From: Lytechinus pictus
Taxonomy: Eukaryota
Direction of reading: 5' to 3'
DNA length: 64,000 nucleotides
NCBI RefSeq assembly: GCF_037042905.1
Contig: NC_087250.1
Span: 19,532,001-19,596,000, forward strand
The notes under the pieces are model-generated. The model was not told the DNA's origin. It saw only the letters and a list, made by a program, of their open reading frames with translations, and searched no databases. Numbering within the stretch: the stretch's first letter is position 1; each line of letters opens with the position of its first letter. A program made the position numbers and the translations under genes. Below are positions 25,301 to 36,176 of this stretch, piece after piece.

Positions 25301-25778
25301 TCAGCAGGTATGACACACCTATGAAAAATAAGAAAGCTACTTCAGGGAAGTATTTCATTAAAGGACATGTTGGACGTAGAATCCCACGACAGTTACCGTA
25401 GTAACGTTGCATCTCAGCCAATCAAATTCAAAGCAAGTTGTCAGATGAAACATGTTGATGAAATGCTACTCTTGCCCAAGTTCAGTAATTGATTGATTGC
25501 CTATTTTCTTTTTCTTCTCAGTCGAACTAGGCGTAACAAGGGACAATGCCCAGCCAAGTGAAACCTCCCCGTCAAAGAGCAACTGGTGCGACATCTGTCA
25601 CAAGATCGTCCCCGGTCGTCTGGCCAGGCATAAGATGACTCACAGTGACGTGAAACCGTACCAGTGCACCCAGTGCGACAAGGCTTTCTACCGATCGGAA
25701 CATCTGAAGCGCCATCTGGAGGTTCACGCCAGGAAGGCGCAATTTACTGGGCTGCTGCCGACAGAGGCAACGGCATGA
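4284..25778 (+). CDS. Large multi-zinc-finger protein (about 1790 aa), 13 coding exons: 4284-4371, 5064-5687, 6518-6742, 7243-7382, 9339-9518, 10358-11315, 11766-12017, 13628-13696, 14061-14864, 15638-16459, 18863-19063, 23095-23847, 25522-25778
   Basis: All introns are GT-AG with matching phases. Summed exon length is 5373 nt (1790 codons plus TGA). About 21 C2H2 fingers with TGEKP-type linkers. The first coding exon and the 13696 donor (alternative 13687) are less certain. Confidence 0.85.
5064..5687 (+). CDS. ZF gene exon: C4 module plus 4 C2H2 fingers
   Basis: CCCCAG| acceptor, G|GTATTA donor; fingers CPDC, CDTC, CEVC, CKIC. Confidence 0.92.
6518..6742 (+). CDS. ZF gene exon: 2 C2H2 fingers
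   Basis: TTTCCAG| acceptor, T|GTAAGA donor; CLIC..H, CGVC..H. Confidence 0.88.
7243..7382 (+). CDS. ZF gene exon: acidic/proline linker
   Basis: TTTTCAG| acceptor, CAG|GTAAGA donor; PADEDEAVPDDEEPPIKEEP. Confidence 0.85.
7410..7640. repeat. Imperfect (ATG)n microsatellite
   Basis: Direct reading; intronic. Confidence 0.95.
8165..9440 (+). repeat. Tandem array of 10 copies (period about 128-131 bp, first 108 bp) of intron 3' end plus exon 5' part
   Basis: Acceptor-like CAG|AGT(G)CAGTC(C)CAGA with exon starts at 8199, 8307, 8438, 8566, 8695, 8823, 8951, 9081, 9209 and 9339. Confidence 0.95.
9339..9518 (+). CDS. ZF gene exon: atypical CCC finger plus first half of a C4 module
   Basis: The last and only open copy of the tandem array; CAG|GTGATG donor, phase 0. 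Confidence 0.85.
10358..11315 (+). CDS. ZF gene exon: 3 C2H2 fingers and GRIGRPP repeats
   Basis: CCCCAG| acceptor, G|GTAAGT donor; lies in ORF 10310-11329. Confidence 0.92.
11766..12017 (+). CDS. ZF gene exon: 1 C2H2-like finger
   Basis: CTCAG| acceptor, G|GTAAAA donor; CPVCGKVCKGLHLQRHMKIH. Confidence 0.85.
13628..13696 (+). CDS. ZF gene short acidic exon
   Basis: TTTCAG| acceptor; DEAPESPDSDDFNEGDLDHFGND; phase 1-1. Confidence 0.7.
14061..14864 (+). CDS. ZF gene exon: CCC finger, C4 module, 5 C2H2 fingers
   Basis: TTCCAG| acceptor, G|GTAAGA donor. Confidence 0.93.
15638..16459 (+). CDS. ZF gene exon: four atypical CCC fingers
   Basis: TACAG| acceptor, G|GTATGA donor; lies in ORF 15646-16563. 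Confidence 0.9.
16557..18548. mobile_element. Outer long-TIR MITE interrupted by a second element
   Basis: GAGTAAAAAAAAAAATGACACCTCACAAATCCCC is mirrored by GGGGATTTGTGAGGTGTCATTTTTTTTTTACTC. Confidence 0.75.
17121..18472. mobile_element. Tc1/mariner (pogo/Tc2-type) non-autonomous element, TA TSD
   Basis: TA|CCGTATTTTCCGGT...ACCGGAAAATACGG|TA; repeated TATAAACCGCA motifs. Confidence 0.85.
18863..19063 (+). CDS. ZF gene exon: acidic Ala/Val/Glu-rich linker ending EEFDWASVANFL
   Basis: TGTAG| acceptor, G|GTATGT donor, phase 1-1. Confidence 0.82.
19384..19777. mobile_element. MITE with GG termini and 8-bp TSD (Merlin-like); relatives at about 3590-4130 (interrupted by a MITE at about 3862-4015) and about 57513-57900
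   Basis: GGTAAATTGCCAATTCGTC / GACGAATTGGAAATTAACC; flanks TGTGAAAC/TGTGAAAT. Confidence 0.75.
19881..21526. mobile_element. Non-autonomous DNA transposon with 6-bp TSD (hAT-related)
   Basis: CATACCTGCCAACC / GGTTGGCAGGTATG TIR; GATACT on both sides. Confidence 0.85.
21939..22890 (+). mobile_element. Helentron-associated (HINE/DINE-1/Tsp-like) element with internal 163-191 bp tandem repeats; degenerate reverse copy at about 35775-36170
   Basis: Subterminal IR GTCTCACCTGC / GCAGGTGAGAC, T-rich insertion site, 3' ACTTGTT end, about 4.5 internal repeats containing GGTCAAAGGTCA. Confidence 0.8.
23095..23847 (+). CDS. ZF gene exon: CCC-like finger, C4 module, 4 C2H2 fingers
   Basis: TGTAG| acceptor, C|GTGAGT donor. 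Confidence 0.92.
25522..25778 (+). CDS. ZF gene terminal exon: 2 C2H2 fingers and stop
   Basis: TTCTCAG| acceptor, TGA at 25776-25778. Confidence 0.88.
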
Positions 25779-26524
25779 AACAAATTATTGTGATTTTATA
25801 AAGTTTGTTCCAGCAACATCTGCTTTAATAGAAAATATGCACATGAAGCCTAATATAATTAAAATTGAACAATCCAAGGTGGCACCTCGAGGTTCACGCC
25901 ATGAAAACGCAATTCTCATCAATGTTAGTTAGGCAGAAGGGTGTTACATGTAACTCTCACATGAACTGTACATTTCACTTTCCATCTTTTCTTTATTTAT
26001 TTTATAAAGCTGCACTAATTCATTCACATTTTACTTTATTTTCAAGTCAATTTGCTCATGCTCCATATATTTCTTCTTTCTTTCTTTCTTTTTTAATTAG
26101 TTTTCCATTGATTTCTGATGCTAAATCCCAAGCATGAATTGGTAGTATTTTACTGTCCTTTTTTTTTAATACTCCATCTTCTAATTAATGAACTTTGCCA
26201 TAATTGTATGATATTATTTTGCAATTCAGTGCCACACATATATATATACTACATGTAAGATATAACCACAAAAATCTGTTTGTTTGACCTTTTGACTTTA
26301 AAAAGGTGTAGTGTATAATATTGTTTTGTTTCTGATCTAAAAAATAATTTCTTTGACTTGCTTGGCAAATATTTAACATATGGAAGGTCAGCTAACCTGT
26401 ATTTCGTTATTATATACATTGTGTTCTTGCCATGAAACATGAGACGAATTTTATTTTGGTTGAATATGGATATTATTTGGTTGAATATGGATATTAAATT
26501 GATATTCAAGCCTTGCAAGGAACT

Positions 26525-27090
26525 AGTGTCCATGTTATTGTATGACTACTAAAGAATGGAACCCAGAGTTATGTTCCAATTCTTCTAAACATTTATATAA
26601 CTACTGTTAAAGCAGGACTTTTCACTTACTTTTGGTTGGAAATTAATTTTATCTGATTAAATTATTCAAGGTACCAGTGGCCATGCTATTGTATGACTGC
26701 TATAGAATGGAACCCAGATTTATGTTACAAATTTTTCTTAACAATCATATTACTAATGTTATAGGAGGACTCATAACTTGAATCTGGATATTATCTGACT
26801 ATATAGATATTCTTTTCACTTACTTTTGGTTGAAAATTGATATTATCTGATTAAATTATTCAAGGTACCAGTGGCCATGCTATAGTATGACTGCTATAGA
26901 ATGGAACCGAGATTTATGTTACAAATTTTTCTTAACAATCATATTACTAATGTTATAGCAGGACTCATAACTTGAATCTGGATAGTATCTGACTATATAG
27001 ATATTCAAGGAATCAGCGGCCGTTTTATCAAGGCTATTTAGAGTAGAACCCAGAAAAGGTACAATCTACATGTATGTTATAGCAGGAATC
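26525..27090. repeat. Degenerate tandem repeat, including a near-identical duplication of about 195 bp
   Basis: GTATGACT(A/G)CTA.AGAATGGAACC recurs; 26617-26811 resembles 26812-27005. Confidence 0.8.
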
Positions 27091-28749
27091 TTATTTGATT
27101 TGAAGAGCATTGAACCGGTATAAGCCAGTTCGTAGTTCCATTCTGCGCATGATCAGAGAAAGGTCATTTGTACTAAAGTGGCATGGTGGTTTAAAAGTTG
27201 ATGAGATAAGCACCAACTTTGGTGTCTTGATTATTCATATATTCTTTTCAATTGTGTTTTTCATTTGCATCCACAAAGAACAAAAATGCGTCCACGACTG
27301 GTATTTCACTGCAGTTTGCCAAGTACATTGTACAACATGCTATAATATGCATTCAAAGTAGAAATGCAACAAATACCTTCACGGAGTCTTCAATGGTGTG
27401 CTATTCTAGTCACCTGGTATAATTCAATTTCTTCATCCTGCTATGTAAGGCATGCATATGTTATATCCTGCTTTGAAATCTGCCTATCATAATGAAATAA
27501 ATGAAAGGTCATTTGACCAAAATTGTCCCTGATGTAACTACGAACTGGTCTATTACATTGCTATATCAGGATCCCGTTGCATTAAAGTCACTTTCATGAT
27601 AACTTTGCCATCCAATGGTAACTATTATATGACACCGAGATAGATCCTTGTGATTTGATTGGTTGTTTGATATCGTTCATTCAGCCCATTTTGCAATGAC
27701 GTCATCATTCAACCGTGCAATTTTGGATCCATACGATTTTGTCCATTGCACTCGCGCACCGAGACTGCAGCTCAACAATCAACAGACCAAACTCGCACTG
27801 CATGAGCATGTTTTGCATCAAAATTCATGAATTTCATATGAAAAAAATATCATTTTTAGGTGTCATATAAACCAAATAATGATTTTTTTTCATTCGTGCA
27901 ATGGACAGAATACTTCATTCGGTGAAAGATTGGATCATTTCATCTTTCACCTCATGAAGTATTCTATACATTGCACTCATAAACATTCATTATTTGTATA
28001 CCATGGTAACATGGCTCAACAGCCAATCAGAATCAAGGATTCCATTAAAGAAACCATATCATGGCAAAGTTACCATTATAGTTTCATGCAACAGGGCCCT
28101 GGTATATATTATGGGAATGAAGATATACCAGATATAGCATCTATTGAATATAATCATATCATATATCTATTGAATAAAATTGTATCATATCTATTCAATA
28201 AAATCATATCACAATAGTTATTTCACTTTCACTTTATAGACCACTGGGTCCCGTCTTACGTAGAGTTACGATTGATCCGATCAACCACAACTATGGAAAT
28301 CCAAGCAACGTCAACATATAAAATGCATGTTTGTTCAGCATGTAATCGACATATGTTGAATATTTGTACATTCATTGTTTTCTTGAACATTTTGTATGCT
28401 TCTCTTTGTTTACAAACGATATTGTGAAAATTTCCTGTACAAAAAAAGATGACATTGTTTGATTTCCATATAGTTGAGGTTGATTCGACCAATCATAACT
28501 CTTTGTAAGGTGGGGCCCTGGTGTTAATCCAAGCGGCAATCCTTTTGTTCGGGGGGGGGGGGGAACTATTGCTCCATCCCCCCACCACTTGAATAATATG
28601 ACATCATGTATCTACACCTATATTATAGATCATCCTCACAGGCAGTCATGTTTTAATATAGGACAAACAATATATACCTGTGCATCATACAAAGATAAAT
28701 CATTGTTTTTTTATGTTCTAATGCACAGGTTTCCTCATCTGTATTCCCT

Positions 28750-29060
28750 GGCCCGTATTCTGAAGTCAGGTTTAACTTAGACCATGGTCTAACTCTGTGC
28801 TAAAATTATGGGAAGCCAAAAGTGTCAACATTTTTATTAAGTTGTATGTTTCTTATGTTCACTGTGCTCTTTCCTGATGCATTGATGGTGAAGACAATCA
28901 TCTACTTATACTTCCTAGACAATAATAAATGATTTGAGAGCCAAATGAGCTGAAATATGATATCTTTACTGTTAGTGATTTATGTAGCAATTGGCTTTCC
29001 ATACTTAAACCACAACTTTAAACCTGAGTTTGAGTTAAACCCAACTTCAGAATACGGGCC
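28750..29060. mobile_element. GGCCCGTATTCTGAAG MITE (PIF/Harbinger-like); other copies at about 12945-13200, 13205-13557, 35243-35550 and 52995-53242
   Basis: TIR GGCCCGTATTCTGAAGT / ACTTCAGAATACGGGCC; multiple dispersed copies. Confidence 0.8.
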
Positions 29061-29194
29061 AATGTATCTACACCTATATTATAGATCATCCTCACAGGCA
29101 GTCATGTTTTAATATAGGACAAACAATATATACCTGTGCATCGTACAAAGATAAATCATTGTTTTTTATGTTCTAATGCATAGGCTTCCTCATC

Positions 29195-29667
29195 CAGACC
29201 TGCCAACCAGTACGTTTTAGCCGTATTTAGTACGTTTTTGCAACCAAAATACGGCAGTACGTTTTTTCTTTAAAAAATATGTTTTTTTTTTTTTTTACAA
29301 AATCGTAATGTATTGAGAAAAATCATCTCTATATGTCTCTATTTCATAAAACGTACACAAATATGGTCATTAGATCAATGTAATTTCAGGTAACTTGTTT
29401 TTTTTTCAATCATTTTGTAAAAACTAGGGTGAGATATATACACAAGTTTCAATGGTTTTTTTTTAATCTGCAAGAGCAGTGCACATTTTAGCTTGCATGC
29501 AGCTTGAGCGCCGTGATGGGCGAGTGTGCCAAGCATTTTATTATGAAATACACTTTTTTTGGGGAAAAATACAAAATATTTATCTCACATGGTAAAAATA
29601 CTGATTCTTTTGTCAAAATACTGATTTTGGGGGATAAGAATACTAAAAATACAACTTGGCAGCTCTG
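29195..29667. mobile_element. MITE with 6-bp TSD CTCATC
   Basis: CAGACCTGCCAA / TTGGCAGCTCTG; an empty-site copy lies at about 28734. Confidence 0.85.
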
Positions 29668-29951
29668 CTCATCTGTAGTCCCTCCAATGTGATATCATCT
29701 GAAACTACTCTATATCATGCATGTATTCAAATTATAACAAAGGAATTTATAACTGCAAACATGACATTACATTTGAAGTATTGTTATGTATCCAGAAAAA
29801 TAACAGGAGGAAGCGTAGGGTAACCTTTTTGCCACTTTTCTATCATTGTATTATTGTTTTGGTAGTGTTTGAAAAGTTGATTGCCAAACATCATGTCATA
29901 TATCAAGTACTGTAATATTCATGAGTTGTGTTTTATAAAGCTGTTTATATG

Positions 29952-30315
29952 CAGGGTTCCCACAGTCATGGAAAATCCTCGAAAAATTTGTGTTCATGGA
30001 AAGTCAGGGAATTTGGAAAATTTGTGAAAAGTCATGGAAAGGGGATTTTGGTCCTGGAAAAGTCATGGAATTGCATTTACCTCTTGGCTATGGCAGCTTT
30101 CCAGTTTGTCGTGTCTCTCAACTCTCATACTCTGTGATCATACTCTGCTATTATAATTGGTGTTCATGATTTCCATTTTCCCAGTTTTGTGACATCCCAA
30201 ATTCTCACGTAATTCTCACATAACTCACGTGACGACACAGGAAGTCATGGAAAGCAGCAATTTAGTCATGGAAAAGTTGTGGAATTCTTGTTTTCAAATT
30301 TCTGTGGGAACCCTG
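29952..30315. mobile_element. hAT-like MITE
   Basis: CAGGGTTCCCACAG / CTGTGGGAACCCTG TIR; repeated GTCATGGAA motifs. Confidence 0.75.
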
Positions 30316-31239
30316 TATATTATATCATGTAGCTCACACGTCTGGTCACCCTTTTTTCAGCGTAAAATGAGGGGCCCTTTTCACAAAACTTTTTATAACA
30401 AACTTGCAATAACAGTTTAAAGCTACTGAAATTCTTTGCTTTGATTGGCTGATAGTAAACTTGTTATAGACATTGCACATTTGTTACCATGACAAGTCTT
30501 TATGAAATGGAACCCTGATTCTCAATCTATTCCAATTCCTGTGAGCTATAGATAAAAATTGTCATTCCTAATAAGCATCTGCTGTTAATAGTAACGTCAT
30601 CCAATGGTAACTACCATGAAATCTTTGATTTTGATTGGCTATTGAGCCATTACCATGGAAGTTACCATTGAAAGGCAAATTTACCATGATAGTAACTTTT
30701 ATGCAACAGGCTTAGAATGGAAATTTCATTATTCATTACGTTAAGATAATATGATAAATAATTTGTAATTGTTTTCTGGGGTTGCCACACACTCAGCAGT
30801 CAAGCTTAGCTTATAGTGGCAACCCCTGCAACCTTCTAAAATCGATATGTTATAGAAAATGCAATATTGTTCAATGTTTTGCTTGTCAGTTAATTTATTA
30901 CTTGTATAATTTTATTTTCTTTGTTAATGTGTTTATGAAAAATGTTGCAGAAACCAATACATGAAATCAAAATTTCATGTAATTTTCAAAGTTTGACTAG
31001 GAAAAAAACGAATGTACATGCACTCCTAATTATGTTTCACAGACATTTTTTATATATCTCTAAGCACATGAAAAGTTTATCAGTTGTTTGTAAAGTCTTG
31101 ATTTATTTTCAAACAGATTTATGAAATGCCCCCCCCCCCTGTCCTTTCGTGCTAGATTATGGAGGGCGTAATTGATCGGTCATACAACTTTAATTGTATG
31201 TATTTTGACGAATGTGTACATATTTCAAAGTTGTTAATT

Positions 31240-31520
31240 GAATATTTCAAAGAGATCTGCTTAATGTTTCACATCTAAGACTTGGAAGATATTTCTTTTG
31301 GTATAATTTAATATTTCATTTCATATTTATGTCTCTACATGTATGTGTGGCCCAGTAGTGTCACATCAATAGAAAGGAAAAGTTATTGGATATATTTCAC
31401 AAAGATCTGTTTAATATTTCACATAAAAGTCTCGGAAGATATTTCTTTTTGTATGATATCATTCTGTATTTATGTCTCTATTAGGGACCCAGTAATGTCA
31501 CATCAATAGAAAGGAAAATA
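31240..31520. repeat. Tandem duplication of about 150 bp
   Basis: AGATCTG...GGAAGATATTTCTTTT...GTCACATCAATAGAAAGGAAAA occurs twice. Confidence 0.75.
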
Positions 31521-32199
31521 GTAGTTCAAGTTCATTTATCCAATATTCTTATTAGAATTACGATATTCAGTTACTCTCATTAGATACAAGTATTGAGCTG
31601 CATTTATGGATATCAACATGTATGAATTGTATCCAAAGTGAAGGAATTCATGGAAAAGGACAAAAACCAGTAAAAATTGAAAATTTGTTCATACAAAGAT
31701 TGAAAAGATTCTTGGAGGAGGAGGGAAGGCTGTGTCCTATTTTACAGCCATTCTCCATGAATATTGTACTCGGAATTGCCAAGTTACTTTTGAATATATA
31801 TAACTAGGAGCAAATTTGATTTCAATTAGTAATGATTATGTGAATATTGTGCTTAATTGTTGGTCGAGTTAAGGCATTAAAGAGGAGTTATTTCTGACAC
31901 TGGATTGACATTTGCAATTCTGTTCAGTTGATAAAGAGTAATTTGGGTGTGTATTTGTTGTGTGTGCGTGATTGAGAGCAGCAAGAGTTGTTATCATGAG
32001 ATAAATATTTCAGTCAGCATTTTTCTTCTTACAAAGGACTACTGACACTCACACCATGACATTAGTCTGCAGGTACAGACCCTGATTGAAACTTGATCAA
32101 CAAGTGCGTCTCCACGCAAAGACTAGCACATACAAAACTTGCTATTGGGCCTTCAGTACATAAGGCATGAGTAGGCTGCACATTCAGACCCTTAACTCG

Positions 32200-33082
32200 A
32201 GTGAAGGGTTTGCACAGTAGACTGATGACACTGACCCTGCCTTCCTTTCTTGAGCATCCTATTCACTCAGTCCAACCTTATTGCTTTCATTCTTCACCTT
32301 ATCTTATATTGTAATATTTTGTTATCCCTTCCCTCTCGTGCCATCCACTTCCAGATCCCATGCTATTTTAACAGGTTCATCATCTTCCCTCCTCAATACA
32401 TCCAGACATGCCAACCATTCCCTTTTTAAACTCAACCCAGGTGAGATGAATGGGTACCCGGTAGGAAGAAATTCCTTGAATGCTTTGAGCGCCTAGGCAG
32501 CCCAGCTAAAGCCGGGGTAATAATAATAGCAGGGCCCGCTGGGAGAACAGTTTTCGGAACTGAAGCGGCTTCCCTGGGTAAATATACCTGTATTATTATT
32601 ATTATTATTATTATTAGAGTATTTGTTACTTTTTTAAAATTTCTGATCATGGAATATGTATTATACACAGCGCTTGACACTAGCGCCGGTCCGACAGTCC
32701 CAGACCAGTAAAAATCACTGTCGGGCCAGTAACTTGTTGCATGAAAAGAACAAGTAAATTCTTGCCTACAAGCACGTGTTTAAAAGGGTGAATTATCAAA
32801 TTTTAAAGTAGATTCAATTCACATGTTTTTTCATCGGTCTCACTACAACAGGTTGGGGATTGTTACGTTGAGTCAAATTTTTAAAAATACTCTTCTTTTT
32901 TTTTAATCAAAAAATACTTTTTTTTTCTTTCTAAGAATACTTTTTTTGGTTGTAGAAGCGAGGTTGGCAGGTCTGCCCATCCATCTCAAACCAATTCTTG
33001 TACCACTTTTCTTTACCACTTCCACAACAGTTTCCTCCAAGCCCAACCTTACCATGAGCTGATTTGTGTTCTTTCTATCAGA
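32200..33082 (-). pseudogene. Degraded RTE-clade LINE ORF2 C-terminal fragment, split by SINE/MITE insertions
   Basis: The minus strand reads SDRKNTNQLMVRLGLEETVVEVVKKSG..GLRWMG (33080-32975) and DVLRREDDEPVKIAWDLEVDGTRGKG (about 32405-32325). Confidence 0.65.
32410..32615 (+). mobile_element. 5'-truncated SINE with (ATT)n tail
   Basis: CTCAACCCAGGTG...AATGGGTACC core typical of deuterostome tRNA-SINEs; ends in an (ATT)n run. Confidence 0.7.
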
Positions 33083-33089
33083 TAGGAGG

Positions 33090-34275
33090 TATAATGATTG
33101 AGAAGAGATGGGTCACCAAAGGAGAGGGAAATAGTGGTGAGAGGGGGACAGAGAGAGAAGAGAGGGTAGAATAGATGAAGAAAGGACATCCGGGGGGGGG
33201 GGGGGGGGGTTGCAGAGGGACAAGGAGAACGTAAAGAATAGAGTTTTGAGCATGGGAGAATAGAGATACATCTAATGCCGTGAGAATGGAAAGAAAGGTA
33301 AACGGAAATGGGAAGAGGAGAAAGATAACAAAACGAGAAGAGGAGAATGGGAAGAGGAGAAAGAATGAGAAGAGAAGAATGGGAAGAGAATACAGAATGG
33401 GGAAAGAATGAGAAGAGGGAAAGAATGGGAAGAGAGAATGAGAAAATTAGAAGAGTGAATGGGAAGAGGGGAAAGAATGAGAAGAGGGGAGGAAAATTTG
33501 GAAGAGGAGAGAGACAGAATGTAGAGACTGGAAGTAAAGAGAGAATATGAGGAGAGGAGAAAGATCATAATGGTGAGAGAGAGAGAATTATATGAGAGCA
33601 TGGAGAAAGGGAAATGGGATAAGGAGAGGTAAATAAAAGATATGGTCAAAGAGAAGGAGAATGTATTAAGTGAATACATTATATAGTGAATATTATTTGA
33701 GAAGAGACTGATCATAGAAAGGGATTTTTTGTGACTATCATCAGTCAGATCATTACCACCATCCGACATCACATCACCATCTCATCACCATAACCAGTAC
33801 CATCACCGGTACCATCATCACATCAGAATTACTATCACAATCACCACCATCCCCATATCATCACCTTCATAATCATCACCACCATCATCATCTTCATAAT
33901 CATCATCATCTTCATGATCACCATCATCTTCATAATCATCATCTTCATAATCATCATGACCATCATCATCTTCATCACCACCATCATTACGACCAACATC
34001 ACCACCATCATCATCACCACCACCATCATCACCACCATCGTAATCATCATCACCATCATCTTCATAATCATCGTGACCACCATCATCACCACCACCATTA
34101 CGATCACCATCACCACCATCATCATAACCATCATCACCACCATCATCATCACCATTATAACCATCATCATCATCACCATCATCTTCGATATCACTACTTT
34201 TGTCAAAGTCGCCATTGTCAACTTCATCCTCTTCCTCATAATAATTATCATAGTGTCATCAACAACAACATCATA
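33090..34275. repeat. GA-rich low-complexity tract followed by a (CAT/CAC)n microsatellite
   Basis: Direct reading. Confidence 0.9.
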
Positions 34276-34554
34276 GTCGATAATTCACTCCACATTAAGA
34301 AAAAAAAGGGAGGTGGACAGAAAAGTATAAAGTGACATTGATTTTTCTGCATCAGAATTTCAGATATTCCTTTTAATAATACAATGTAATTATTTTTTGC
34401 ATTGAATTTGACATGCATACAAATAGGTACTTCTGAATAAATACAGATTGAAGCTAGAAAATAAAGCACCAGTAATCCACACTAGTATTTACACAACATT
34501 TCTACAATAAAACAAACTAAGTTTGTAATCTCAAATACATGTGACAAAAACGCA

Positions 34555-35164
34555 TTAAAGGGATGGTCCAGGCTGGAGATATTTATATCTCAATAAATAG
34601 AACAAAATTCAAAAAGCAAAATGCTGAAAATTTGATCAAAATCGGGTAACAAATAACGAAGTTATTGAATTTTACAGATTTGCATTATTCCGGTGAAACA
34701 GTTCTAGGCATGTCTTCATGAATATTCATTAGGTGGGCTGATGATGTCATATCCCCACTTGTTCTTTTGTTTTTTATAATATGAAATTAGGTTTTTCAAA
34801 ATTTTCTACCAAGAACTAAAACAATTGGATTGACTCCTGATTAAGTGCATTAGTTATTTATTGCTGCAACTTATTTCATCAGAATGGAGACACATCAATT
34901 ACACATGTATGAAAAAATGAAACAATTATGATTTCATGTAATAACATAAGAAAAAGGAAAGTGGGGATGTGACATCATCAGCCCACCTTATGAATATTCA
35001 TGACGATGTGCATATAACTGTTTTCACAAAATATTGCTAAACTTAAAAATTTGATAACTTTGTTATTTGTTATCCGATTTCGATAAAATTTTCAGCATTT
35101 TGCTCTGTGAATTTTACTCTATTTATTCAGATATAAATATTTTCAGCCTAGACCATCCCTTTAA
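34555..35164. mobile_element. TTAA-flanked MITE, family B; reverse copy at about 50732-51331, partial copy at about 61385-61870
   Basis: TTAAAGGGATGGTC...GACCATCCCTTTAA. Confidence 0.85.
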
Positions 35165-36176
35165 CTTATATTTATATGCACCGTATAATACACACTCAAC
35201 TTCTATTTCTATACTGTGCAAATAAATTTCAAAAGCTAATTTGGCCGTATTCTGAAGTCAGGTTTAACTTAGTCCACGGTCTAACTCTGTGCTAAAATTA
35301 TGGGGAGCCAAAAACTCAAAATTCTGTTTACATTGTATATTTCATGTTTACTGTTTTGTTTCCATTTTGCTTTCATAATGAAGAAAAATACCTCGGTTAT
35401 CATTCCCAGCAGTTATGAATGATTTGAGTGTCATGTCAGTTAATAAATTGAAAGTGTACTAATAGAGATTTGTGCCCCAATTGGCTATCCATAGTTAAAC
35501 CGCAACTTTAAACCAGGGTGTAATTTAAACCCGAGTTCAGAATACGGGCCAATGAGATCAGCATCTTTTTTGTGGACCACTTCGCCCACATACGACAAAA
35601 TCTAGCAAAAAGCAGTCAACTAGTTATTGGTACACAATACCAATAAAAAGAAAGGACAGAGACTAGCACATACAAAGAATGAGATACTAGGATTGCAATC
35701 GTCATTGGTAACGAAGTGCATCAACTAATTCCTGTGATTTTGCCACCTGCACAGCTGCCAACCTTATAAAAGTAAACAAGTGGAAAAGTCTGTGGAATGC
35801 CTCTGGCAGTCTCTCCTGCTTTATGCGATTCAACATAGCAGCAGTGCTGACTTTGAAAACAGCTATTAAATAATTATTCACAAAAGAAAACACTCATATG
35901 ATAATAAAATACTATGTCCATTGATTGACCCAACATGACCTTTGACCATGATCATGTGACCTAAGACATGTGCAAAACAATCATTCATGTCTATGTTTCA
36001 TTAACTACATGTGTAGATCCATAAACTTTCTAAGTTATGATGCCAATTCAACAAATAAGTACCCCCAACACGGCCAAAGTTGATTGACCCTATAAAATGA
36101 CCTCTGATTTTGGTCGTGTGACCAGAAACAAGCACAAGGTATTCAGGGATACATGGTTACGAGACAAAAAGTACTA

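Noticed and set aside
33272..34276. Ser/Leu-, Met- and Ile-rich ORFs
   Set aside because: Low-complexity and microsatellite artefacts.
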